This document shows positions 55,212-64,000 of a stretch of 64,000 nucleotides of DNA, one piece after another (the stretch's first letter is position 1; each line of letters starts with the position of its first letter). The translations under genes were made by a program, and so were the position numbers. Origin of the DNA: Poseidonia sp. (GTDB lineage: Archaea > Thermoplasmatota > Poseidoniia > Poseidoniales > Poseidoniaceae); NCBI GenBank assembly GCA_022426155.1, contig JAKMEE010000039.1:24516-88515 (forward strand), given 5' to 3'. Under the pieces are notes generated by a model. It had not been told where the DNA came from. It ran no database searches and saw only the letters and a list, made by a program, of their open reading frames with translations.

Positions 55212-55732
55212 GATTTTGCCTCCTTTTCTTTCCTCTTGACTGCATAACTGGAGGGTCCACCCGACTCAACACGTTGGGCATCAGTCAGCAAGTTATCCCA
55301 GCCTTTTTCCAAGATGTTCTCCCAATATTCAATCGCTCGCTGGCAATCATTGAGTGCAAAAGTGAGGCGCTTGGTTCTCGAATCCGCTCTTCGGCGAAAC
55401 AATTCATTTTCGAGGTAGGCATTCTCTGCTTGTTGTGATTCTGCAATGAATGACTCTCTTGAATCAATGAGCGATTGATGTTCTTCAGAGCCTGATTTGA
55501 CCTTAAGCAGTTGGTCATCAAATGCTACAATTTTGTCTTGGAGAGCCTCTCTTCGCTCCTTTGCATCCTTGGCCAAAGGTTCTGCAACCTGGAGTTCCTC
55601 CCCGCGAGATTCAAGTTGCTTGGGAATCATCATAGCAAGGCGTTCCCTTCGATGAATAATGGCCCGAATCATAAATTCGGGGGTCACCTCAAGCAACGCT
55701 TCATCCTTCATGCAACACGGGCTACGGTTCAA
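55208..55732 (-). CDS. Coiled-coil hypothetical protein, translationally coupled to the nucleotidyltransferase
   Basis: ATGA overlap at 55208-55211; helical, charged. Likely start MKDEALL near 55711. Confidence 0.75.
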   Translation of the reverse strand: MNRSPCCMKDEALLEVTPEFMIRAIIHRRERLAMMIPKQLESRGEELQVAEPLAKDAKERREALQDKIVAFDDQLLKVKSGSEEHQSLIDSRESFIAESQQAENAYLENELFRRRADSRTKRLTFALNDCQRAIEYWENILEKGWDNLLTDAQRVESGGPSSYAVKRKEKEAKS

Positions 55733-55802
55733 GGTTGAATAAAGAATCCCTTTCTCTTCTTGAAGGCGAGAATGTCAAGAACCCCTGCGTTGAGCGGTCC
55801 CC

Positions 55803-58346
55803 ATGGGCGGACAGCGCTTTGGAAGATGGAGCTCCAAAGGGGCGCTTCTTGCCGCATTGATGCTCTGTTCCCTTTTCCCAACAGTTTCCGCAGCAGGGGG
55901 CGGCGCAGTCATTGATGTAAGTTCATTTTCACTTGAGAATTTTGAAACCATAGAATCAGCAGATTACACACTTGAATTCAACTTGACCGAAGTCGATAAT
56001 AGCGAAGCAGATATTGACGTCATGGTGACGCTTTCTTCCCTTGATGGGACTGTTTTTGACACATTGTACCAGAACCTTACGATCGGGCCACTCAACAATC
56101 AAAGCATGTCGTTCAACCTCAGTGCCTTACCTTTTGGCTATACCGTTGTGAATGCAACCCTTTCGGGTGATACTGGTTTAGCCAGTGCGGGTCAATCAAC
56201 AACAATTGAACGAACCATTCAACGCTTGCGACCTCTGGCCATTGCTTTGGGGAGCCAAAGCAGTTTGTTGCTTCAGGGGATTAATCAAGCAGGTGAAACG
56301 ACTGGCAACACGACATTGCATGATGGAGATAGACTTGAACTTCAAATTCCAGTCATCAACGACGGCGACATCAACTGGACAGGAAACGTCCATTTCTCAG
56401 TTGAGAACGGAGTATCTCAGTCTTTGATTGAGCTCGAAAATGTGTCGGTTCCTGCTATGTCTTCAACGCAAGTTTTCTTTGAAGATTCAAGTCTTATCTT
56501 GGAAGAAGGCGTGCTAAATTGGTCGGTGAGTCTCTCAGGCATCCTGAATAACGACTCGTTCAATCAAACACGTCAAGGGCAAGAGTCAGTTTTGCCCCCA
56601 CCTCTCCCCGTGATGATGGGCATTCTTACTAGCAATGCTGAATTCATTCGTTCTGGTGAAATACTCAACATCTCTTTGATGATTAACAACACGGGCCTCA
56701 TTGATTTCGATGGTGCCTTTGAATGCACATTAGATGGGGACCTCATCGCAACTCAAGAAGTGTTGATCAACGCCTCATCCTCGAAAACATTGAATTTCTC
56801 AACAACTGCAAAACCTGCTATTCTCATCTGTGATTCGAGAAATGTACGTGTTGATTCTTCCTCAAATTTCCCTCTGCAGGCCCTCATCGAGATGGATTCA
56901 GCAATGTTTGAATCAGCGGGATCTTCCTCGCCTACGTTGTTGGGTGGGCCGTGGCACAAAGGCGACGAAATTCACGCAACAATGTTGATTCGAAATACGG
57001 GGGACCTCTCGGGGCGCACAAGGTTGGTGCTTGAACAAGGAGCATTTTTCTCTTCAGGTGAATGGGTGACATTAGAGGCTGGGCAGGCTGGGGAAGTAAC
57101 ATCATCCTTGGCTATGTTTGACGAGGGAGCCTTAGATCTCAATTGGACCCTTGAGAGTGACGATGGTGTGGTGCAGGTCCCTTCTTCGGGCCAGGTATCC
57201 ATTCCTGTACAGCAACAGCAATCCATTGAGATTGAGTTGGATGAAATGATTTGGACTTCTCATGAAGGTGTGTCATTCACCATGCGTCTCTCTCTTGACG
57301 AAGGAAAATCACGTCCAGTCTTCCTCCAACTTGGATATGAAACCTCAGATACAACGTTCTATTTGCAGGAATATGAAATTCTTCTTGAAGAAGGACAACG
57401 AGAGCAGCATATTTCATTCGGTCAAATTTCTGCTGAAAAAGTGGTGCTCAAAGTGACACCTGTGGGTTGGTCAGCAGGGCCAGGGGCGCTTTCCACGAGC
57501 CTTTCAATACCCGATGAACGAACTCTGTATTGGGTGACCTTCAATCCAGTCACATCCCCGATACGTCCAATTGTTGGTGATTCTGCAGCAGTAACGCTCA
57601 TCATGCATCAATCTGGGCCAGTTTCTCAATCGATTGGAGAACTCCAACTCACCGATGAACAAGGTGTCATTTTGGGACAGACCGAAACTGAATCTTGGAC
57701 TTTGGACGGAGATGAAACCATCACGTTGAACGTGGTTTGGCCAGAAGGAACGAACGTGATATTGAGAGCTGTATGGGCGATTGATGGGCAAGTGATCACG
57801 GAGCAATCTTCCTTCGTTTCTGGCGAACCTCTCGAGCAAACATCTGCAAATATCCCGTATGCAGCGATGATGTGGGGTGGTCTCCTAGGTGGTGTCCTGG
57901 TACTCGTGCTTCGATTACGGGAGCAACGAAAAGTGGGGGGTGGTGCCTCTATCCCAACCAAGAAAGAGACGGTCAAACCCTCCTCCACTACCACTCAAAA
58001 ATCATCTCTTTCAAGTGAGAAGAAAGAAGTCCAATGTCCAGAATGCGAGCGTTTGTTGAGGGTTCCAATCAACTACTCTGGCACAGTTGGTTGCCCAGAT
58101 TGCACAACCAAATTCGATGTTCAAATAGAATCTGTTGAGCAGATGCCCGTTCAAAAGATCGATGATCCGGCCGATGAAGTTGAGGTTGTACCACCAAAAC
58201 CATCATCGCGAGAAGCACGTGGTGGAAAGATTGAGATCCATTGTCCAGATTGTGCTCAAAGCCTTCGTATTCCTGCTTCCTATGAGGGCTCAGTTCGTTG
58301 CCCAGCATGCACAACAGTCTTCAAAGCAGATGAAGGCGTGAGTTGA
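55803..58346 (+). CDS. Single-pass surface protein: CARDB/Ig-like ectodomain plus two cytoplasmic Zn ribbons
   Basis: Signal peptide; repeated +.N.G units (VINDG, INNTG, IRNTG); TM; CPEC..CPDC and CPDC..CPAC. Confidence 0.8.
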   Translation: MGGQRFGRWSSKGALLAALMLCSLFPTVSAAGGGAVIDVSSFSLENFETIESADYTLEFNLTEVDNSEADIDVMVTLSSLDGTVFDTLYQNLTIGPLNNQSMSFNLSALPFGYTVVNATLSGDTGLASAGQSTTIERTIQRLRPLAIALGSQSSLLLQGINQAGETTGNTTLHDGDRLELQIPVINDGDINWTGNVHFSVENGVSQSLIELENVSVPAMSSTQVFFEDSSLILEEGVLNWSVSLSGILNNDSFNQTRQGQESVLPPPLPVMMGILTSNAEFIRSGEILNISLMINNTGLIDFDGAFECTLDGDLIATQEVLINASSSKTLNFSTTAKPAILICDSRNVRVDSSSNFPLQALIEMDSAMFESAGSSSPTLLGGPWHKGDEIHATMLIRNTGDLSGRTRLVLEQGAFFSSGEWVTLEAGQAGEVTSSLAMFDEGALDLNWTLESDDGVVQVPSSGQVSIPVQQQQSIEIELDEMIWTSHEGVSFTMRLSLDEGKSRPVFLQLGYETSDTTFYLQEYEILLEEGQREQHISFGQISAEKVVLKVTPVGWSAGPGALSTSLSIPDERTLYWVTFNPVTSPIRPIVGDSAAVTLIMHQSGPVSQSIGELQLTDEQGVILGQTETESWTLDGDETITLNVVWPEGTNVILRAVWAIDGQVITEQSSFVSGEPLEQTSANIPYAAMMWGGLLGGVLVLVLRLREQRKVGGGASIPTKKETVKPSSTTTQKSSLSSEKKEVQCPECERLLRVPINYSGTVGCPDCTTKFDVQIESVEQMPVQKIDDPADEVEVVPPKPSSREARGGKIEIHCPDCAQSLRIPASYEGSVRCPACTTVFKADEGVS

Positions 58347-58362
58347 TCAGAGGGCGAGTACA

Positions 58363-59022
58363 GTGGTTGGGCATTTTCAGGAGTTTGAAGATGAATACCT
58401 CGAGACCATGTATGAATTTCATGAGCATGACCCGATGGGCCTAGTCCGTACGGGAGAACTTGCTTCCCGCCTCGGCGTGACGCCTGCTTCTGCGACAGAA
58501 ATGGTCCAACGCTTGGCCACCAGGGGCTTGTTAACTTACCAAGCCTACAAGGGCGTGAGGCTCACAGAAGAAGGCCTTATTCACGGACAGAAAATGAAAC
58601 GACGTCACCGCCTTGCAGAGGTGCTGCTGGAGATTTTACCTTTTGATGGAAACGCCCATGAGACGGCCTGTCGTTTGGAACATGCTATTGACGATGATTT
58701 GGAAGTGGCGCTTTCTCAATTAATCAATAACGAAGCGACTGATCCCAGTGGTCGCCCGATCCCTCCAGCAACCACAGACATCCAAGAACGGATTTTACAA
58801 TACGCAACCACTCAATCACTGTTGGAGCTTCCAGAACAAGCTACTGGGACAATTATGGCCTTGATCCTTCCACTACCAATCTCACAACAATTGAATCAAA
58901 GAGGGTTGAGCATTGGTTCATCGGTGACTCGCAAGGGTGATTCATTTTTGTTGAATGAGCAGCATGAATTGATTGTTGACGACTCATGGGCTGCGAATAT
59001 ATTCGTGCAATTCAATCAATAA
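58363..59022 (+). CDS. DtxR/MntR-family metal-dependent transcription regulator
   Basis: DEYLETMY, ELASRLGVTPASATEM, YKGVRLT, RRHRLAE, ACRLEHA, DPSGRPIP. Confidence 0.92.
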   Translation: MVGHFQEFEDEYLETMYEFHEHDPMGLVRTGELASRLGVTPASATEMVQRLATRGLLTYQAYKGVRLTEEGLIHGQKMKRRHRLAEVLLEILPFDGNAHETACRLEHAIDDDLEVALSQLINNEATDPSGRPIPPATTDIQERILQYATTQSLLELPEQATGTIMALILPLPISQQLNQRGLSIGSSVTRKGDSFLLNEQHELIVDDSWAANIFVQFNQ

Positions 59023-59062
59023 AGGTGTGAACGCTTTAGAGTGCAACCGACTGTGGGTTACC

Positions 59063-60595
59063 ATGGAAGCCCAGGACCTGCTGACCCAGCCCATGGATTC
59101 CACCGATGATGACCCTCCTTCCTCTAGGTTTGCCTTCCGCTTTCCAGAGTCGATAGTTCACGCCATAGATCGCCAAATTATTAGTTCAGGTCTCCGTCTA
59201 ATCATGTTCTTGCCCGCCTTCGCCATTGTGACATACTTCGCATCCTGGGCATTCTCACAATCGTCTCCTGCTTGGTGGCTGAACAACATCGAACCAAACA
59301 TTGGCATGGGCTTCTCCACAGCGATGGTGTCGCTCACGTTTGTTGTTCTCATCGGTTTTATTCTCGCAGTTGGATTCCATCGTTATCGTGTTGGTCTTTC
59401 TTTGAAAACATTTCACAAACAAGTTGAGGCTTCCAATAACGCCCATCGCTCGGTCCAATCTCTCCACGGGTACGATGGTCTTCTCTTCCAGTTGCGAAAT
59501 TCAATGGCCCATCACACCCGAGCGTTGGTGTTAGCCTTTCTATCGGCAAGCATGCTGACATTCGTCCTCTTTTTTGGCATCACCAGTGATTTAGGAGCAT
59601 TGTTTTTACTGGCATCTTTTTCTTGTTTAATCCTCTCCATTGGTCAACATTTGCCAACACGAAATACTCCTTTCAACATGGTTGAACGTACTGGTTTGCT
59701 TTCCGCATACGCTCCTCCAGTTCACCCCTCAACTCTTGAGATGGTGTTCAATGATTTATTGAAAACTCACATGGACCCACTGCTACGCTCACAGTACGAT
59801 GAATTCTCAAAGGAACTTGAACATGGGTTCAAACGTGGTGTTGACAGTCACTTTGCCCATGAAAAATATTTGATGACATTGTACAGGCATGCTACGGGCC
59901 TGGACCGGAACACAATGGAATCCGAGATGGCAGAAATTTTCACCAAGAAAGGAATGAAATTTGCTTTCGAACATGAAGTGTTCACATTGGAAGTTTGGTT
60001 GGCTCTTTTCGGGAAAATCAGCCAAACATGTCCAGCGTTTTTCCGAATGGTTGACCGTTTGAAGCAGGATTTGGAATCGGGCCGCTCGCCAGCAATGAAG
60101 GACTTGATTTTCGAAGTTGACATGGAAAATGTGGTGACAAATAAAGCAAATCTTTTCACGTTATTTCACAACTTATCTGAACAAACTCGGACCGTTGTGT
60201 TTCGAATTCAAACACCGAATTTCGAACCGAAAGATTTGGCTCTAACCTACCGGCTTGAACCCGGTGAGAGTTATTGGTGGTCTGATGTTGCTTTGCCATT
60301 GGCTGCCAAAGGGAATGAAGATGTGTTAGGTAAAATGTCGGGGTTGTTGAAGGATAGCACTGTCTCTTGGCAAACCCTCATTCCAAAGACAACAGGCGAT
60401 GCGACCGTTTCAGTCCGGCTTGAGGAAATCAACGGGGAACTTTTACTCGGTCGTCAAATCAATGTCCGTGTACGCTCAGAATTCCGACAATGGTTGCGAG
60501 CAACAGGGTCGCTCGTGGCTGCAATACTGGGTGGTTTCGGGCTTGTGTCCTTCGGTTTGCTCCTCCTTTTGGAACTGTTTGGGACGGTTGTTTGA
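59063..60595 (+). CDS. Hypothetical membrane protein
   Basis: Four N-terminal TMs, soluble domain and C-terminal TM. Start taken at MEAQD. Confidence 0.7.
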   Translation: MEAQDLLTQPMDSTDDDPPSSRFAFRFPESIVHAIDRQIISSGLRLIMFLPAFAIVTYFASWAFSQSSPAWWLNNIEPNIGMGFSTAMVSLTFVVLIGFILAVGFHRYRVGLSLKTFHKQVEASNNAHRSVQSLHGYDGLLFQLRNSMAHHTRALVLAFLSASMLTFVLFFGITSDLGALFLLASFSCLILSIGQHLPTRNTPFNMVERTGLLSAYAPPVHPSTLEMVFNDLLKTHMDPLLRSQYDEFSKELEHGFKRGVDSHFAHEKYLMTLYRHATGLDRNTMESEMAEIFTKKGMKFAFEHEVFTLEVWLALFGKISQTCPAFFRMVDRLKQDLESGRSPAMKDLIFEVDMENVVTNKANLFTLFHNLSEQTRTVVFRIQTPNFEPKDLALTYRLEPGESYWWSDVALPLAAKGNEDVLGKMSGLLKDSTVSWQTLIPKTTGDATVSVRLEEINGELLLGRQINVRVRSEFRQWLRATGSLVAAILGGFGLVSFGLLLLLELFGTVV

Positions 60596-60655
60596 CCTTT
60601 CGCCAACAAATAGAGGATTCCATAGCCTTGAAATGCACCATGCGGTGGAAGGTTC

Positions 60656-61657
60656 ATGCGCGGCCCACGAGATGAGACGGTACCGAATCCTGATTCAGAA
60701 CTACGTGACCAACTCCAAACCATGGAGGGTAAGGTCAGAAAGTTGCGAGAAACACGGAATTCCCTCCGTGATCAGGGCAAAGCCATTGCCAAGAAACGAA
60801 ACGCTGTTCAAGATCAATACAAGGAGCATAGAGACAAGCTCACAGATATGAAAGCAGAACTTGATGCCATTCATGCAGAGCGAAATTTGCACAAGGCCAA
60901 GCGTAATGCCATTCAGGAGCAACTCCGTGATCTCATTGGTCAAGCAAAGGGACGTCGCAACGAGAAAGGCGAAAAGAAATCTGCAACAGCAGAATACTCT
61001 CAATTGATGAGTGAAATCAAAAACCTCGAAGAACGCTTCCAAACCAATTCATCAAGCACGAAAAAAGAGAAGGAAACTATGGAGCGAATCAAGCGTATGA
61101 AGCGTCGAGTCGAAGAGCTTGAGCCAGAAGTTGCTAAATTTGAAATTATCAATGTTGATCTTTCCAACCTCGATGAAGCCATCGCAACACTGAAGGCAGA
61201 AGCCGATGATGCCCACAAGATGTTTGTTGAGGCACTCAAGCGAGCTGATGCTGCCTGGATTGAATACAAGGCAGGACTCGACCACAGGAATTTCTTGAAG
61301 GCCGAAGGTGATCGACACCATGAGGAATCAGTAGAATTTCATGAGAAGGCCAATGTAATTCATGCAAAAATCGAGGAATTGATGGTTGATGTCAATAAAG
61401 TACGAGATGAACTCAATATGGCACGTGAAGAACGTGAGTCATGGATTTCAGAACACAACGATGCCGTGAAAGCAGAGATGAAAACCGGTGCTGAATCGGA
61501 AGAAGTTGCAGAGGCTTTGGTCCAATCACTACTCAGCGAAGGGGAACTGGTCTTCGGCGGTATTGGAAAAGGCGATTCATCGTTGTCAAAGAAGCGTGGT
61601 TCAGGTTCGAGTAAGAAAAAGAATATGCGAAGGCTTGGTCCGATCCGACGTCGTTGA
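60656..61657 (+). CDS. Second COG1340-type coiled-coil protein
   Basis: RNSLR/RNAVQ/RNAIQ heptads, IKNLEERFQT...KEKE, AEADDAH, basic C-terminal tail. Confidence 0.75.
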   Translation: MRGPRDETVPNPDSELRDQLQTMEGKVRKLRETRNSLRDQGKAIAKKRNAVQDQYKEHRDKLTDMKAELDAIHAERNLHKAKRNAIQEQLRDLIGQAKGRRNEKGEKKSATAEYSQLMSEIKNLEERFQTNSSSTKKEKETMERIKRMKRRVEELEPEVAKFEIINVDLSNLDEAIATLKAEADDAHKMFVEALKRADAAWIEYKAGLDHRNFLKAEGDRHHEESVEFHEKANVIHAKIEELMVDVNKVRDELNMAREERESWISEHNDAVKAEMKTGAESEEVAEALVQSLLSEGELVFGGIGKGDSSLSKKRGSGSSKKKNMRRLGPIRRR

Positions 61658-61666
61658 GGTGAACAT

Positions 61667-62746
61667 TTGTTTGGTATCATCATGGCCGGTGGCCAAGGTA
61701 CACGGCTTCGACCACTAACGCTCACACGCCCTAAGCCAATGGTCGAAGTATTAGGGCGTCCAGTTATTGATTATGTCAAAGAAGCCATGGTTCAAGCAGG
61801 CATTGATTCCATCATCGTAACCACAGGATACCGTGGAGAGCAACTTCAAGCCCATGTTGCATCTTGGGAACATGATGCAATGGAGCATCACCAACGACGC
61901 ATATCTGCTCGCATCAATCAAGAAGCCACCCCTATGGGTACTGCTGGTAGTGTTGGACTGTTACGAGGCGAGGTCAATCAAACCTGCGTGGTCGGTTCAG
62001 GTGATTCTGTTGCCTCATTTGACATTCAACGTCTTTTGGCCCAACATCGTGCTCATGGATCGAAAGTCACCATGGCCCTTTGGGAGGTTGAAGACCCTTC
62101 TGAATTCGGAATTGTGGGGCTATCTGATCATCCAGAGGGTGACATTGATGGAGAACTTAGGTCGGGATTCATTCGTCGTTTTCTTGAAAAACCCCGGCCT
62201 GAAGAAGCGTTCAGTCGCGTAATCAATGCAGGTCTGTACATCATTGAGCCAGAAGTTTTGGCTTTGATTCCCGAAGGTGTCAAATTTGATTTTAGCAAGG
62301 ATTTGTTTCCGTTAGTTCTCGAAAAGGGCTGGCCTATGTACGCCGAAACCATCGATGGTGTTTGGTTTGATGTAGGGTTGCCTCGGGAACTTCTTCGCGC
62401 CCAATCCACTTTGCTCTCCGAACAATCTCGTCTTCCATTCCAATTGCCTCCAGGCGAAGTGACTCCCGACGCCTCATTCATTCATGCTGATGCTCTGAAT
62501 CGAGGTGATGTTCACCGTTCAGTGATTTCAGCGGATACGACCCTTGAGCAGAATGCAAGAGTGGAAGGGTCGTTGCTCATGGCCAGGTGTCAAATTAAAT
62601 CAGGAGCTGTGGTGAAAGGTTCGGTATTAGGACAAGGTGTCGTGGTGGAGTCTGGGGCATACCTGATTGATTGTGTCGTTGGTGACGACATGACTGTCGA
62701 CTCAAACGCACATCATGAATCCGTTCTCATCCCAGACGAGTCATGA
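61667..62746 (+). CDS. NDP-sugar pyrophosphorylase (mannose-1-phosphate guanylyltransferase family) with hexapeptide tail
   Basis: MAGGQGTRLRPLT..RPKPM, GTAG, FLEKP, INAGLY, DFSKDLFP, WFDVG; GAGGTGA RBS before TTG. Confidence 0.88.
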   Translation: MFGIIMAGGQGTRLRPLTLTRPKPMVEVLGRPVIDYVKEAMVQAGIDSIIVTTGYRGEQLQAHVASWEHDAMEHHQRRISARINQEATPMGTAGSVGLLRGEVNQTCVVGSGDSVASFDIQRLLAQHRAHGSKVTMALWEVEDPSEFGIVGLSDHPEGDIDGELRSGFIRRFLEKPRPEEAFSRVINAGLYIIEPEVLALIPEGVKFDFSKDLFPLVLEKGWPMYAETIDGVWFDVGLPRELLRAQSTLLSEQSRLPFQLPPGEVTPDASFIHADALNRGDVHRSVISADTTLEQNARVEGSLLMARCQIKSGAVVKGSVLGQGVVVESGAYLIDCVVGDDMTVDSNAHHESVLIPDES

Positions 62747-62804
62747 AGAATGAAGGCATAGGACTCAAATAGTTCGGGATGTCGCCGAAAAATGAGTTGG
62801 AACG

Positions 62805-63038
62805 ATGACTACGCCAGCAAATCGCTCATATGACCGAACTTGGGAAGAAATTGAGGCCATGCTTGATGAAGCCGTCATCAAGATGAATCAATGGAAAGAA
62901 TGGTTTGAACAATGCAAAGATGAGGATGACAAAGACGGCATGAAAGAGGCAGCTCGTAATCACAAGGCACTTCAAGGCGTCGTCAAGACACTTCGTTGGA
63001 CTCTTGGTGAAGAAGGCGTGAATGACCCACTGAATTGA
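62805..63038 (+). CDS. Small helical hypothetical protein
   Basis: 77 aa charged ORF ending ARNHKALQGVVKTLRWTLGE. Confidence 0.65.
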   Translation: MTTPANRSYDRTWEEIEAMLDEAVIKMNQWKEWFEQCKDEDDKDGMKEAARNHKALQGVVKTLRWTLGEEGVNDPLN

Positions 63039-63039
63039 A

Positions 63040-64000
63040 TTACCAGCCACGCTGGTCCATTCTCACATCAAGCGTTTCGAGTTCATCGCCCTTCATTGGA
63101 ACACCTTGCATCATGGCCATGGCTTCGGCTACTTTTGAAGCGTCTTCATAATGTGCCGTTGCCATAACAATTGCATCAGCCATTGTTTTGGGATCGCTGG
63201 ATTTGAAAATTCCAGATCCAACGAAAATTCCATCCATGCCCATTTGCATCATCAGTGAAGCATCTGCTGGCGTGGCGATTCCTCCAGCAGAAAAAGTGAC
63301 AACAGGTAGTCGACCCATCCGGTGGACGTCGTTGAGCACACTGCGAATTCCTTCACTCATCTCTTCATCAATCGCTCCGAAGGGGGTCATGTTGTGGACG
63401 CCTGGGAGTTTGGAATGACGTGATAAAACTCGATAACGATCAATGATGCTCTCAACTGCAAGGTCGAGGCCTTTGTCATCTAGGGATTGAATTTGCCTAA
63501 TTTCTTGGTCTATGAGTCGTGCGTGAGTGACGGCTGCGACCACGTTGCCGGTGCCTGCTTCTCCCTTGGTACGAATCATAGCTGCACCTTCCCATATTCT
63601 GCGGGTGGCCTCTCCCAATCCAGTTGCGCCACACACGAACGGAATTTCATAGGTGTGCTTATTGATGTGAAAATATGGATCTGCTGGAGTCAAGACTTCA
63701 GACTCGTCAACCATGTCAACGCCCATTGATTCCAATATCCGAGCTTCACCATCGTGTCCAATACGTGACTTTGCCATGACAGGAATTGAGGTGCAATCAA
63801 GAATTCCTTGAATCATATCTGGGTGGCTCATCCGGGCGACACCACCAGATTTACGAATATCCGCTGGAACTCGTTCCAATGCCATCACTGCGACAGCTCC
63901 AGAATCTTCTGCCACTGCTGCTTGTTCTGGATTGACAACATCCATGATGACGCCGCCTTGTTGCATTCGAGCGAATCCCCGCTTGAGTAAATCGCTGCCG
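63040..64000 (-). CDS. pdxS: Pyridoxal 5'-phosphate synthase lyase subunit (5' end beyond the window)
   Basis: Frame stays open to the window edge (..[18 protein letters not shown]); [48 protein letters not shown]. Confidence 0.96.
   Translation of the reverse strand, partial: GSDLLKRGFARMQQGGVIMDVVNPEQAAVAEDSGAVAVMALERVPADIRKSGGVARMSHPDMIQGILDCTSIPVMAKSRIGHDGEARILESMGVDMVDESEVLTPADPYFHINKHTYEIPFVCGATGLGEATRRIWEGAAMIRTKGEAGTGNVVAAVTHARLIDQEIRQIQSLDDKGLDLAVESIIDRYRVLSRHSKLPGVHNMTPFGAIDEEMSEGIRSVLNDVHRMGRLPVVTFSAGGIATPADASLMMQMGMDGIFVGSGIFKSSDPKTMADAIVMATAHYEDASKVAEAMAMMQGVPMKGDELETLDVRMDQRGW

Noticed and set aside
63340-63480. ~35-aa insertion in PdxS relative to bacterial enzymes
   Set aside because: Longer PdxS forms with an insertion here are, to my knowledge, already known in several archaea.

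Overview
64 kb of a gene-dense archaeal chromosome, most likely Marine Group II (Poseidoniales, Thermoplasmatota). The assignment is inferred from the unsplit RpoB, the rpo5-rpo2-rpo1N-rpo1C-rpl30e operon, PurP and several giant acidic TSP3-repeat surface proteins. The window holds an XPD helicase, glutamate dehydrogenase, the RNA polymerase operon with tRNA-Lys(UUU), a HemK-biotin ligase fusion, a Pop5-like protein, a divergent FtsZ, a Rieske/cytochrome b operon, asnB-gshA-saccharopine dehydrogenase, propionyl/methylmalonyl-CoA genes, a DtxR regulator, an NDP-sugar pyrophosphorylase and pdxS. I saw no mobile element, CRISPR array or rRNA. Four candidates stand out. (1) A eukaryote-type Cid1/TUT-family terminal nucleotidyltransferase carrying the UTP-selecting His motif, fused to an archaeal COG1340-type coiled coil, in an operon with a GNAT, a Roadblock-like protein and another COG1340 paralog; this is a possible archaeal RNA-uridylation system. 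(2) A b6f-like Rieske/cytochrome b complex whose subunit IV is fused to an HdrC/HdrD-like Fe-S/CCG enzyme. (3) The same N-terminal domain added to two different RNA polymerase subunits (Rpo5 and Rpo1C). (4) A hairpin-dense ~300-nt intergenic element. All calls come from motif recognition only; no database searches were run.
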